NCBI RefSeq assembly: GCF_006345805.1
Contig: NC_043022.1
Location: 15,624,001-15,688,000, forward strand
Direction: 5' to 3'
From: Octopus sinensis
Lineage: Eukaryota
DNA: 64,000 bases
A program made the translations under genes and the position numbers. The notes beneath the pieces were generated by a model that saw only the letters and a program-made list of their open reading frames with translations, did no database searches and had not been told where the DNA came from. Position 1 is the stretch's first letter, and each line of letters opens with the position of its first letter. Shown here piece after piece: positions 1 through 12,470 of the stretch.

Positions 1-177
1 TTCGCAAGCACAGGACCTGCACAAGGAGACCACCACCACCACCACTGGACTGGATTATAAGAAACAGTAAATGCTAAAACTGCATCTCACCTACCTGTTG
101 TGGATCAATTGTGCTATGACTCTCCCTCCATGACCTTCACAACCTGATCCCAGTGGTTTATTTCCTGTGTAATGCTT

Positions 178-320
178 CTCTCTAAGACATCTGTGTATCG
201 CGGATTTGGTAGCCCTCAACTAACGCCATCTCCTCAGAGACCCTGCGGCGCAAGTTGACCAAAATTGAGAGTTTGATAGAAGAAGGCTTGCTCTTCCTTC
301 CGTAGAAGAAAAAATTCATT
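178..320 (+). mobile_element. Truncated 5' part of non-autonomous Helitron family 1
   Basis: Reverse complement of the right-hand part of the 37115-37516 and 53942-54338 copies. Confidence 0.7.
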
Positions 321-330
321 ATTTTTATTA

Positions 331-748
331 AGGCGGAAAGGAGCTGGCAGAAATGGTAAGCACGCCGGGCGAAATGCTTAGCGGTATTTCGTCTGCCCTT
401 ACGTTGTGAGTTCAAATTCCGCCGAGGTCGACTTTGCCTTTCATCCTTTCGGGGTCGATAAATTAAGTACCAGTTATGCACTGGGGTCGATCTAATCGAC
501 TTAATACCTATGTCTGTCCTTGTTTGTCCCCTCTATGTTTAGCCCCTTGTGGGTAGTAAAGAAATAGGTATGTCATCTGCCGTTACGTTGTGAGTTCAAA
601 TTCCGCCGAGGTCGACTTTACCTTTCATCCTTTCGGGGTCGATAAATAAAGTACCAGTTACGCACTGAGTCGATGTAATCGACTTAATCCCTTCGTCTGT
701 CCTTGTTTGTCCCCTCTATGTTTAGTCCCTTGTGGGTAGTAAAGAAAC
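331..748 (+). mobile_element. tRNA-derived SINE family B (~240 bp), full copy plus tandem partial copy
   Basis: aggcgg..gagctggcagaa head, B-box-like gagttcaaattcc, tail cccttgtgggtagtaaagaaatagg; 570-748 repeats the 3' two-thirds. Confidence 0.85.
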
Positions 749-1393
749 AAGAGTGTCCAATGTAAAACATTAAATACCAGCCCTTAAATGAAAAAAAAAT
801 GAGATTCTGGGATTGATTCGTTTCGACCAAAATTCTTCGAGGCGATGCCCCAGTATGGCCACGGTCAAATAGCTGAAAGAGGTCAAAGGTCGTCCGTGTC
901 TCTCCTTCTTTTCTATCAAATCCAGACTCGTCTCTCGCTGGTTCAAGAGTTGTCTTGTAGTGATTATCTCCCTTACACCGACAGCTGCCAACGACACACA
1001 CGCATCTGTGTGTGCGTGTGTGCGCCTTGTATATATATATATTCTTTTACTTTTTTGTTTCGGTCATTTGACTGCGGCCATGCTGGAGCATCGCCTTTTA
1101 GTCGAGCAAATCGACCCCAGGACTTATTCTTTGTAAGCCTAGTACTTATTCTATCGGTCTCTTTTGCCAAACCGCTAAGTTACGGGGACGTAAACACACC
1201 AGCATCGGTTGTCAAGTATAAATTAATAATTAAAAAAAAAGATTTTTAATTTTAACTTTAAATTTAAATAATTTAAATTGTGAATTTTATATTTTATTTT
1301 TTTTGTATATTATATTAATTAATTTTATTTCTATGTTTTGGTTTATGTTTTTCACTGTTTGATTTGCCTAATAGTGGTTTTATCTCTAATTTA

Positions 1394-1425
<32 letters not shown>

Positions 1426-1426
1426 A

Positions 1427-1471
<45 letters not shown>

Positions 1472-1473
1472 TC

Positions 1474-1506
<33 letters not shown>

Positions 1507-2097
1507 CGAGAGGCTTCTTTCAGTTTCCGTCCACCAAATCCACTTGCAAGGCTTTGGTCGGCCCAAGGCTATAATAGAAGACTGCTTAACGACTGTGTTG
1601 GTTTGTTTATGTCCCTGTAATTTGGCAGTATAATGAAAGAGACTGATAGAAGACGTACCAGGCTTTAAAAAAAGTACTAGAGCTGAACCCTTCGAAGCAG
1701 TGCCCCAGCATGACCACAGTTTCAAATAAAACGTAAGATTTATTTTCTTCAACACACACAAGATATCCTTTCAAATGTTACCATTTAGAAAAGCCATATC
1801 CAGTTGCCATGGATACATTTATTTTTTTAAAAATGTATCTGAACCTCAAGTCAGTCAAATCTGTTTTCAACGGAGAGTTTTTGAAGCAAGAATCCCGTCA
1901 CCAAATCTCAAAAACAATGAAGGTTCTCGGTGAAATGCATTCCTTATTTTTTTGCCATTGTCTGGAATTAATCTCATTGTTTCAAGACTGTCTATTTCTA
2001 GAGTGACATTGTGGGGAAGGTGCAAGAGGCCAAATCTGGCTGATTTGGACATAAAATAGGTAGAATTAGACCCTGGATGAGGCTGAATGGACACATT

Positions 2098-2535
2098 ATC
2101 ATCATCATCATTTAGTGTCTGTTGTCCATGCTGGCATGGGTTGGACGGTTTGACCGGGCTTGGCATGCTGGAAGGCTGCACCAGCTTCCAGTCTGATTTG
2201 GCATGGGTTTCTACTGCTGGATGCCCTTCCTAACGCCTACCACTCCAAGAGTGTAATAGATGCTTTTACATGCCACTGGCCCAGGTGCCATTTGCGTGAC
2301 ACCAGGGTGCTTTTACGTGCCATTTTGCGTGAACCAGGGTGCTTTAACGTGCCACCAGCATGGGTGCCAATTTGTGTGACACCAGGGTACTTTTACGTGC
2401 CACCAGCATGGGTGCCAATTTGTGTGACACCAGGGTACTTTTACGTGCCACCAGCATGGGTGCCATTTTGCGTGAAACCAGGGTGCTTTTACGTGCCACT
2501 GGCACAGGTGCCAATTTGTGTGACACCAGTACCTG
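2098..2535 (-). mobile_element. SINE family C ((ATG)n tail) with internal ~48-bp tandem array
   Basis: catcatcat tail, ggatgcccttcctaacgcc core, then 5-6 copies of gtgacaccagggt(g/a)cttttacgtgccaccagcatgggtgcca. Confidence 0.8.
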
Positions 2536-3072
2536 CCTTGACTGCAATTTTACTCAGCTTGATGGGTCTTCTTCTCAGGTACGACATAATGCCAAAGGTC
2601 TCAGTCATTGCCTCCATGAGGCCCAAAACTTGAAAGGAACTCAGCCACTTTGTCCCTGTGAGGCTCACTGCTCTATAGAAGCTCAGCCACTTTGCCTCCG
2701 CGAGGCCAATCCTTTGGCATTCAGTTTACTTCTCTGTCAAATGTAACCCTTATTTACTCACCCTGTTTTGAATCCACCATGTGTCACCTTGTAGCTTTGA
2801 GATTTCAATGATGCGATTGTTTACTTTTAGAATGACATTGTAGGGGAAGTGTAAGAAGTTGGATCTGGTCAGTTCAAACATAAAACAAGGAGAATATTTG
2901 GGCTGGATTAAATAAGCAAGGGTCAAGCTAACCAAGGCCCCTATACCAGTTTACTCAACCTACAAGAAATAACAGCAAAATCTGCTTTGAGCCTCCATGC
3001 TTTCTTAAAAAGATAAATACTTATCCAGAGAAGTTCAAATCCTAGGTGGTTGCTAAAAGGTTCTATGGGTCT

Positions 3073-3470
3073 CTCTTTTACTCTTTTACTTGTTTCAGTC
3101 ATTTGATTGCGGCCATGCTGGAGCACCGCCTTTTAGTCGAGCAAATCGACCCCGGGACTTATTCTTTGTAAGCCTAGTACTTATTCTATCGGTCTCTTTT
3201 TGCCGAACTGCTAAGTGACAGGGACGTAAACACACCAGCATCGGTTGTCAAGCAATGCTAGGGGGACATACACAAACACACACACACACACATATATATA
3301 TATACATATATACGACAGGCTTCTTTCAGTTTCCGTCTACCAAATCCACTCACAAGGCATTGGTCGGCCCGGGGCTATAGCAGAAGACACTTGCCCAAGA
3401 TGCCATGCAGTGGGACTGAACCCGGAACCATGTGGTTGGTAAGCAAGCTACTTACCACACAGCCACTCCT
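3073..3470 (-). mobile_element. tRNA-derived SINE family A (~400 bp, internal TA/TG microsatellite), full length
   Basis: Head aggagtggctgtgtggtaag...ggttccgggttcagtccc, CORE-like cttgggcaagtgtctt, tail gcggtgctccagcatggccgcaatcaaatgactgaaacaagtaaaagag. Confidence 0.9.
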
Positions 3471-4176
3471 TTTTTTCTCTATAAATATCTGTTCTATATT
3501 GTTTTTCTTTCCGTTAGCTGTAAACAAACATTAGACACGATGAATACTTGTCCGAGTATGTGGTTGGCTGGATGTATCTGCCACTTAAAAGTCCTAAGGA
3601 AGGCCAAAATGCATCTGGCACTATCGTTGGCCTCTGCTGGGGGCAAATTTTCATCTCCCGCTGGTATTTATTGTGTTTTTAATACAGCTAATCCTTAAGA
3701 GATGTTATCTCAGGAGAAAAACTGCTGCACTCTGGCCTACTAACAGTGTACATACATAAAGTGCGATACACAGATGACCGTTACAATATTGGTGTATTTA
3801 TACTAACCAGGCATGGCTGTGTGATTTAGAAGCCCACATTGCAGCCGTGTGGTTCCAGTTTCAGTCCCAGCAAACAGCATGCTGAGTAAGAGGTCTCCTA
3901 CTGTAGCAATGTGTTGACCAATGCCATATAAACCAAACTTCAATAGACAGAAATCTATCAAGTGTATATAGTGCACGAGTGTGTATATGTCTGTATATAC
4001 GTACTAATATGGTATGGCTGTGTGGTTAAGAAATTTACCTCCCAACCATATGATTTTGGGTTCAGTCCCCTGGCATGGTACCTTGGACAAATATTTTCTT
4101 TAACCTCAGACAGACCAAAATCTTACAACAGAATTTGCTAGAGACTCAAAGAAATCACATTCATATATATATATAA

Positions 4177-5372
4177 GGGAGTGTTGAAAAGTTCTTTCAC
4201 AGGGCTTAGAAAAACTGAAGGACCACATGGTTGGGAAGCAAGTTTCTTACCACACCGCCACTCCTGTGCCTATATATATATATGGGAGTGTTGAAAAGTT
4301 CTTTCACAGGGCTTAGAAAAACTGAAGGACCACATGGTTGGGAAGCAAGTTTCTTACCACACAGCCACTCCTGTGCCTATATATATATATATATGGGAGT
4401 GTTGAAAAGTTCTTTCACAGGGCTTAGAAAAACTGAAGGACCACATGGTTGGGAAGCAAGTTTCTTACCACACAGCCACTCCTGTGCCTATATATATATA
4501 TATGGGAGTGTTGAAAAGTTCTTTCACAGGGCTTAGAAAAACTGAAGGACCACATGGTTGGGAAGCAAGTTTCTTACCACACAGCCACTCTGTGCCTATA
4601 TATATATATATATGGGAGTGTTGAAAAGTTCTTTCACAGGGCTTAGAAAAACTGAAGGACCACATGGTTGGGAAGCAAGTTTCTTACCACACAGCCACTC
4701 CTGTGCCTATATATATATATATATATGGGAGTGTTGAAAAGTTCTTTCACAGGGCTTAGAAAAACTGAAGGACCACAGGTTGGGAAGCAAGTTTCTTACC
4801 ACACACGCCAGCCATCTGTGCCATATATATATATTGGGAGTGTTGAAAAGTTCTTTCACACGGGCTTAGAAAAACTGAAGGACCACATGGTTGGGAAGCA
4901 AGTTTCTTACCACACAGAGCACTCCTGTGCCTATATATATATATATGGGAGTGTTGAAAATTCTTTCACAGGGCTTAGAAAAACTGAAGGACCACATGGT
5001 TGGGAAGCAATTTCTTACCACACAGCCACTCCTGTGCCTATATATATATATGGGAGTGTTGAAAAGTTCTTTCACAGGGCTTAGAAAAACTGAAGGACCA
5101 CATGGTTGGGAAGCAAGTTTCTTACCACACAGCCACTCCTGTGCCTATATATATATATATGGGAGTGTTGAAAAGTTCTTTCACAGGGCTTAGAAAAACT
5201 GAAGGACCACATGGTTGGGAAGCAAGTTTCTTACCACACAGCCACTCCTGTGCCTATATATATATGGGAGTGTTGAAAAGTTCTTTCACAGGGCTTAGAA
5301 AAACTGAAGGACCACATGGTTGGGAAGCAAGTTTCTTACCACACAGCCACTCCTGTGCCTATATATATATAT
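4177..5372. repeat. Minisatellite, 11 copies of a 105-113-bp unit containing an antisense SINE-A head and a variable (TA)n
   Basis: Unit gggagtgttgaaaagttctttcacagggcttagaaaaactgaaggaccacatggttgggaagcaagtttcttaccacacagccactcctgtgccta(ta)n starts at 4177, 4284, 4395, 4504, 4614, 4727, 4836, 4947, 5052, 5161, 5266. Confidence 0.95.
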
Positions 5373-5374
5373 AT

Positions 5375-5665
5375 GTGGAGGCACAATGGCCCAGTGGTTA
5401 GGGCAGCAGACTCGCGGTTTCGATTTCCAGACCGGGCGTTGTGAGTGTTTATTGAGCGAAAACTCCTAAAGCTCCACGAGGCTCCGGCAGGGGGTGGTGG
5501 TGATCCCTGCCGTACTCTTTCGCCGCAACTTTCTCTCACTCTTTCTTCTATTGGCCTGCTCTCTTAGCCAGTGGGGTGGCGTCATTTGAAGGCTAAAACA
5601 ATGCGAAGCGCATTGTGACCAGTGGTGTGTAGCAACATCTGATAGCCTGGTCGGTCACGTGATAT
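5375..5665 (+). mobile_element. tRNA-derived SINE family D
   Basis: Head gtggaggcacaatggcccagtggttag...tttcgatttcc; related copies at 14566-14850 and 44395-44632; inserted in (TA)n. Confidence 0.75.
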
Positions 5666-5956
5666 ATATATATATATTTATTTATTTAATACTTGTTATG
5701 CAATATTATATATTGTATTCAGAGGTGGGGATCTAATTAATGGTGTCTGGATCACCCGACCATTCCCAGAAAAAGAAGCAGTCAATCTATTTATAAACAC
5801 ACCAAATCCATCAGCTCTAGAGAGTGACAATTAGAGCTGCTAATTTGCATATTATAAATGATTAATGCTTTTATTTAATATCCTATACTGTCAAACAGGA
5901 AACATATTTAATAATTTTCAAATGATAAGAAATTCTATCACATTCAACACATAGTT

Positions 5957-6154
5957 GGGTGAGCTGGCAGAAACGTTAGCACGCCAGGCAAAATGCTGCT
6001 ACATTCTGAGTTCAAATTCCGCCGAGGTCAACTTTGCTTTTCATCCTTTCGGGGTCGGTTAAATAAGTACCAGTTACGCACTGGTGTTGATATAATCGAC
6101 TTAATCCGTTTGTCCCCTCTGTGTGTAGCCCTTTGTGGGCAGTAAAGAAATAGG
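5957..6154 (+). mobile_element. SINE family B copy
   Basis: Matches 331-569. Confidence 0.85.
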
Positions 6155-6179
6155 TTATCTAAAAAATAAGTGTAATGCT

Positions 6180-6716
6180 GTTAGCTTGTTTACCAACCAC
6201 ATGGTTCCGGGTTCAGTCCCACTGCGTGGCACCTTGGGCAAGTGTCTTCTACTATAGCCTCTGACAGACCAAAGCCTTGTGAGTGGATTTGGTAGACGGA
6301 AACTGAAAGAAGCCCGTCGTATATATATATATATACATCATCATTTAGTGTCCGCTTTCCATGCTAGCATGGGTTGGACGGTTCAACTGGGGTCTGGGAA
6401 GCCAGAAGGCTGCATCAGGTCCAGTCTGATCTGGCAGTGTTTCTACGGCTGGATGCCCTTCCTAACGCCAACCACTCTGTGAATGTAGTAGGTGCTTTTA
6501 ACGTGCCACATATATACGCATATGTGTGCCTCCCCCTAGCATCGCTTGACAACTGATGCTGGTGTGTTTATGTCCCCGTTACTTAGCGGTTCGGCAAAAG
6601 AGACCGATATAATAAGTACTGGGCTTACAAAAGAATAAGTCCCAGGGTCGAGTTGCTCGATTAAAGGCGGTGCTCCAGCATGGCCGCAGTCAAATGACTG
6701 AAACAAGTAAAAGAGT
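6180..6716 (+). mobile_element. SINE-A interrupted at its internal (TA)n by an antisense SINE-C (6337-6510)
   Basis: SINE-A 5' half, TA run, SINE-C in reverse, then SINE-A 3' half. Confidence 0.85.
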
Positions 6717-6744
6717 ATACAAAGGTGTATGAATGTACATATGT

Positions 6745-7020
6745 ATTGATTGATTGATTGATTGATTGATTCTAGTTTCAGCTTATGAGCTGTGGCCATG
6801 CTGGGGCACCGCCATTTGGTGTTGCTACTTGGTTTCACTTCACGAAAGCTTTCTAGCAACTGCCATTTGGTGCATGAAGAGTTCGATGCAGCTTGCCCTC
6901 ATCTGCCCTGAAGTTGGTTCATCTGGGACACCTGACATAGATACAGCTTCATTTTAAAGACATCTGCATCCACCCCATGCAGGTCTCTTAGGTTCTTCGG
7001 GAGGATATTGAAGAGCTGTA
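6745..7020 (-). mobile_element. 3' end of a CR1/L2-like LINE (RT C-terminus, 3' UTR, (CAAT)n tail)
   Basis: QLFNILPKNLRDLHGVDADVFKMKL...SGVPDEPTSGQ across a frameshift, then ggcggtgccccagcatggccacagctcataagctgaaactag(caat)n. Confidence 0.75.
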
Positions 7021-7052
7021 TGTATATATCTGTATATACATACATGTATGTG

Positions 7053-7096
<44 letters not shown>

Positions 7097-7907
7097 CACA
7101 CACATATATATATATACATATATGTGTTCCAGCATGGCCGCAGTCAAATGACTGAAACAAGTAAAAGAGTAATGTATAGACTATAAAAGGGGGCTGCGGG
7201 TTTGTCTTGTATCATTGGATACTTTAAATGAATTTAATACAGCACAGCAGAAAAGTTGTCTTCCATATTCCTAAATGTGTGAGAGAGGGAGGGAGGGAGA
7301 TCGCGTTACACGAGGGTAATTCTAAAGGGAGGTAACTCTTGTAAACTTATTCCCTTAACTTGCCAACGTTCTTAAAACTGTTGATAGTAACAAAATAAAT
7401 AAAATTCAAAGATTGTGCTCCAGTATGGCCACAGACCAGTGCCTGAAACTTGTGAGGAAAGTAAAAAGAATCTCTCATGTCTAATAGATATTTAAATATT
7501 ACCAAATGAACTCACAGGAGCCTATGTGACATTAATACAACTAATCACCTTCCTCAATCTTTCATAATTAATTAATTAATTAACGACGGTTTCGTTAAAT
7601 TGTAATGCTACACTCACAGTGACAATCACTTGAGTTTTAATTTAATCCTGCAATTTTAGACATAAAATTCTGGCCACGAAATCTGTCACAATGTACTTTG
7701 CATCGTTTTAGCCTCTGAAAGACGCCACCCGGCTGACCAGGAGGGCAGGGCAACATTCCACCCCTGATCGAAAGGGAAACGAGACCACTTTGCTCAAGAA
7801 CACAATGCACCACCCGGTCAGAGAATTGAACCTACGATCTAGCGATCATCAGCCGAATCACAAGGCCACATATACAACCCCACCCCCCCAAAAAAAATTT
7901 CCTGTAT

Positions 7908-8304
7908 TCTTTTACTTGTGTCAGTCATTTTGACTGCGGCCATGCTGGAGCACCGCCTTTAGTCGAGCAAATCGACCCCGGGACTTATTCTTTATAAGCC
8001 CAGTACTTATTGAATATACTTATTGTATCGGTCTCTTTTGCCAAACCGCTAAGTGACGGAGGCGTAAACACACCAGCATCGGTTGTCAAGCAATGCTAGG
8101 GGGACAAACACACACACAGATACATATATGTATATACATATATACGACAGGCTTCTTTCAGTTTCCATCTACCAAATCCACTCACAAGGCATTGGTCGGC
8201 CCGGGGCTATAGCAGAAGACACTTGCCCAAGGTGCCACGCAGTGGGACTGAACCCGGAACCATGTGGTTGGTTAGCAAGCTACTTACCACACAGCCACTC
8301 CTGT
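7908..8304 (-). mobile_element. SINE family A, full length
   Basis: Matches 3073-3470. Confidence 0.9.
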
Positions 8305-8580
8305 ACATTAATATAAATGATACAAATATTGTGCAGTGGACAGGAAAACAGAACCACCCAGTAAGGGAGTTTGGTGATCTTTGGAATATGAGAAGATCCT
8401 ATTCAAAGATTAGCGAAGATTATAAGAGGTTCCAGGACATTGGTGTTTGGAAAGTTGGTGTTGTACGCACACACACACACAGATTATCTTGTGTGTACAG
8501 ATGGATGTATAATTGCCATTGTTAAGTTTAGATCTTCACATAGATTATCCTAATCTAGTTTGCTTGCAGTATAATGGCTA

Positions 8581-9086
8581 AGGCGGCGGGTGGCAGAATA
8601 ATTAGCACGTCGGGCGAAATGCTTAGCAGTATTTCGGCTGCCGTTACGTTGAGTTCAAATTCCGCCCTGGTCGACTTTGCCTTTCATCCTTTCGGGGTCG
8701 ATAAATTAAGTACCAGTTACACACTGGTGTCGATGTAATCGACTTAATACCTATGTTTGTCCTTGTTTGTCCCCTCTGTGTTTAGCCCCTTGTGGACAAT
8801 GAAGAAATAAGTATAACGGTTAACTGCTGCACTTGGTGGTAGTATTATTGTTATCAGATACAGATCAATATGGTGGCAAGCTGGCAAAACCGTTAGTGTA
8901 GCTGTATTTTGTCTGCCGTTATGTTGTGAGTTCAAATTCCGCTGAGGTCGACTTTGCCTTTTATCCTTTCGGGGTCGATAAATTAAATACCAGTTATGCA
9001 CTGGGGTCGATGTAATCGGCTTAATCCTTTTGTCTGTCCTTGTTTGTTCCCTCTGTGTTTAGCCCCTTGTGGGTAGTAAAGAAATA
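8581..9086 (+). mobile_element. Two adjacent SINE family B copies (8581-8810, 8872-9086)
   Basis: Both match the SINE-B sequence at 331-569. Confidence 0.85.
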
Positions 9087-9405
9087 TATATCAGAAACGG
9101 CTGCAAGTCTACAATGCGCAAATGAAGAAATATGTGAAGCCCATTATTTATGCCTTTTCTTTCTTATATATACATGTGTGTGTGTGCGTGAATATACATA
9201 AGCAGACACATGCAAGATTACAAGTTTTTGTGAAGCAAATTTCACTTTGAAGCCACTGGTCAAGCTGAGGCTATGGATGAAGACTGCCAAGTTATTGTAC
9301 AGCGGAACCAAACCAAACCAAACTTTGAGGGCTGCAAGAGAACTTCTTAACCTCAAAGACTTACCTGTGATACAGCCAGGAGGAAGGAAGCATGTGTCTG
9401 TGGAG

Positions 9406-9606
9406 CAGTGCTTTTCAACCTTTTTGCTGGAGCGGAACACCAAGGAAACATTCCACTGGCTCGAGGAACCCCTGTGCAATAATTTAATAGTCTGATGCAC
9501 ACATATCTGCACAGGAGAATTTAAAATTACTGCCGATTTTAGCAGTTTTGTAACTTCCTGCGGAACCCCTGGATTGTACTGGTGGAACCCTGGTTGAAAA
9601 CCACTG
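9406..9606. mobile_element. hAT/Charlie-like MITE
   Basis: TIRs cagtgcttttcaacc / ggttgaaaaccactg; no clean 8-bp TSD. Confidence 0.7.
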
Positions 9607-9807
9607 TTTTACTGAAATACAAAACCTGTTTCAAATAACTTTTGCCATTCTGAAGCTGGTGTTTGGAACGTAAAATGGAATTTTGGTGGAAGGTTTTAAT
9701 TTGGATTCTTTTTAATAAAACTTTTGTTACCATATTTCTGTTGATATACTCTGACTTTGTCTCAATTAATTTTGAAACTAACGAAGGGCACCACCTGACT
9801 GGCCCTC

Positions 9808-9991
9808 GTGCCGGTGGCATGTAAAAGCACCCACTACACTCTCGGAGTGGTTGGCATTAGGAAGGGCATCCAGCTGTAGAAACTCTGCCAGATCAGACTG
9901 GAGCCTGGTGCAGCCTTCTGGATCGCCTGTCCTCAATCAAATCGTCCAACCCATGCCAGCATGGAAAGCGGAGGTTAAACGATGATGATGA
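9808..9991 (+). mobile_element. SINE family C copy
   Basis: gtgccggtggcatgtaaaagcac...aggaagggcatccagctgtagaaa...aaacgatgatgatga. Confidence 0.85.
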
Positions 9992-10138
9992 ACTTTGTGA
10001 TGAAGCTATTTGGAATATAAAGTTACCATGAGATTTTGGAAGATTTTAGTTTAGACCACGTTAACTCTTTTGTTATTGTATTTCTGTTGAAATATACTTT
10101 TTTTTTCAATTAATGTAGAAAATAAATTCAGAAATGTT

Positions 10139-10788
10139 AAATTTCTAAATATCTCATAGAGATATGTACGGTGGTGGGGCAATAGAATGGTTGTATACTG
10201 TCAATTTAACGTGACAGTAGATTACACCACTGCTGTTTAGCCCTAGGAAGCATCGACTCCTCCTGATGGCTTCGACACATTTTTTTTCCTGTGTCCTTAT
10301 ATATTTACGAAGGGGAGACAAACACCCCCAACAGCTAGGCCTGCATCTAGAGACACGCATGTTTCAGGGTCTTTGCCCATCACCGGTCTAGAGTAGCAGA
10401 AGCCTGCCAGCCGCAGATATTTGTCCCGACTTCGTAAATATATATATATATATCTAATTTTCAGTGAAGTTTATTCACTGATTACCAAAATCAGAAATAT
10501 TAAATTTCTAAATATCTCATAGAGATATGTACGGTGGTGGGGCGATAGAGTGGTTGTATACTGTCAATTTAACGTGACAATAAGGGAATTACACCACCGC
10601 TGTTTAGCCCTAGGAAGCATTGACGCTTCCTGATGGCTTCGACACATTTTTTTTCCTGCTGGGGGTATTTGTCTCCCCTTCGTAAATATATAAGGACACA
10701 GGAAAAAAAAATGTGTCGAAGCCATCAGGAAGCGTCGATGCTTCCTAGGGTTAAACAGCAGTGGTGTAATCCCCTATTGTCACGTTAA
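10139..10788. mobile_element. TTAA-flanked fold-back MITE (complete 10573-10784) preceded by a direct duplication of its flank and left arm
   Basis: ttaa|cgtgac...gtcacg|ttaa; ~85-bp inverted arms 10573-10658 and 10698-10784; 10139-10290 repeats at 10499-10658. Confidence 0.8.
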
Positions 10789-11500
10789 GTAGAAATTAAA
10801 GATTTTAGTAAAATAACTGTCATTATGAAGCTGGTGTTTGGAACACAAAATTAACCATTTTGATGGAAGGTCTTAGATGGAGATCCTTTTAAAATCAATA
10901 ATTTACATCAATGGCGTAGTAGTTTCAAGTTGGTTGGTGCCAAAAGAGTTGAAACTTTCTTTTGTTTAACATTCCATGTAAAGAGCACCGTTAATCTTTA
11001 ATTCAGTCTCCAGGGAAGCACGAAAAAAACCCAAGAACCACTGTTATATCTGTTTTGCCAAGACTCAATGCTGTTGGCTCCAGTTTTGTCCCTTGACTTA
11101 CATAAAACAAGCTTCATTTTTTTCTGTTTCACAGCCAAGTGGTTGGTTAATCGCAAGGGTCTTTGAGCTGAAAGAAAAAAAAACAAAATACAACTGCTCC
11201 TACACCCCAACCATACAAACACAGGTGAAACTCCACAAAATTCTGAAAGGATCAAAACAGGTTCGATCAAATATTTGACTCGTTTAAAGAATTCAATAAT
11301 TAGTAACTGGTCATTAATTCTTAGATTTCTGAAAAAAAAAGTTTGGACTAGTCTTTTTAACGATATATATATATTATTCTCTTTTGGAACAGTGCATTTT
11401 GAAGCACATAAAGCTAGAAATTATAGCATATAAATATATTGAAAAACCCCCTTTGCATAGAAAAAGATGAAGGCTGCCCATGGGATACAAACCCAATTCT

Positions 11501-11921
11501 TATTTCTTTACTACCCACAAGGGGCTAAACACAGAGAGGACAAACAAGGACAGACAAATGGATTAAGTCGATTATATCAACCCCAGTGCATAACTGGTAC
11601 TTAATTTACTGACCCCAAAAGGACGAAAGGCAAAGTCGACCTCAGCAGAATTTGAACTCAGAAAGTAACGACAGACGAAATACCTATTTCTTTATTACCC
11701 ACAAGGGGCTAAATAAACACAGAGGGGACAAACAAGGGCAGACATAGGTATTAAGTCGATTACATCGACCCCAGTGCGTAACTGGTACTTAATCTACTGA
11801 CCCCGAAAGAATGAAAGGCAAAGTCGACCTCGGCGGAATTTGAACTCAGAACGTAGCGACAGATGAAATACCGCTAAGCATTTTGCCCGGCATGCTAACG
11901 TTTCTGCCAGCTTGCCGCCTT
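11501..11921 (-). mobile_element. Tandem SINE family B copies (one full, one partial)
   Basis: Reverse complement of SINE-B. Confidence 0.85.
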
Positions 11922-12074
11922 CAAATCCAATTCTCCTATCCAAAAGGGTTTCTCAATCGCATATTTACTTATGGTTTATAGCTTTATCATCTGTGCTTCG
12001 AGATCCACTATTCCAAAAAAGATTCATTTCACTTTCTCTCAAAACTTTATACATTTTTATAACAATATATATAT

Positions 12075-12470
12075 GGAGTGGCTGTGTGGTAAGTAGCTTG
12101 TTTACCAACCACATGGTTCCGGGTTCAGTCCCACTGTGTGGCACCTTGGGCAAGTGTCTTCTACTATAACCTCGGGCCGACCAAAGCCTTGTGAGTGGAT
12201 TTGGTAGACGGAAACTGAAAGAAGCCCGTCGTATATATATATATATATATGCGTGTGTGTGTTTGTGTGTCTGTGTTTGTCCCCCTAGCATTGCTTGACA
12301 ACCGATGCTGGTGTGTTTATGTCTCCGTTACTTAGCGGTTTGGCAAAAGAGACCGATAGAATAAGTACTGGGCTTACAATAGAATAAGTCCCGGGGTCGA
12401 GTTGCTCGATTAAAGGCGGTGCTCCAGCATGGCCGCAGTCAAATGACTGAAACAAGTAAAAGAGAAAAAG
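12075..12470 (+). mobile_element. SINE family A, full length
   Basis: Head, core, internal microsatellite and tail all present. Confidence 0.9.

Noticed and set aside
890-990. Protein-like frames on both strands with a plus-strand acceptor
   Set aside because: No downstream donor and no recognisable homology.
2160-2746. 157-aa and 128-aa repetitive ORFs
   Set aside because: Translations of the 48-bp SINE-C internal array (a multiple of 3), not a gene.
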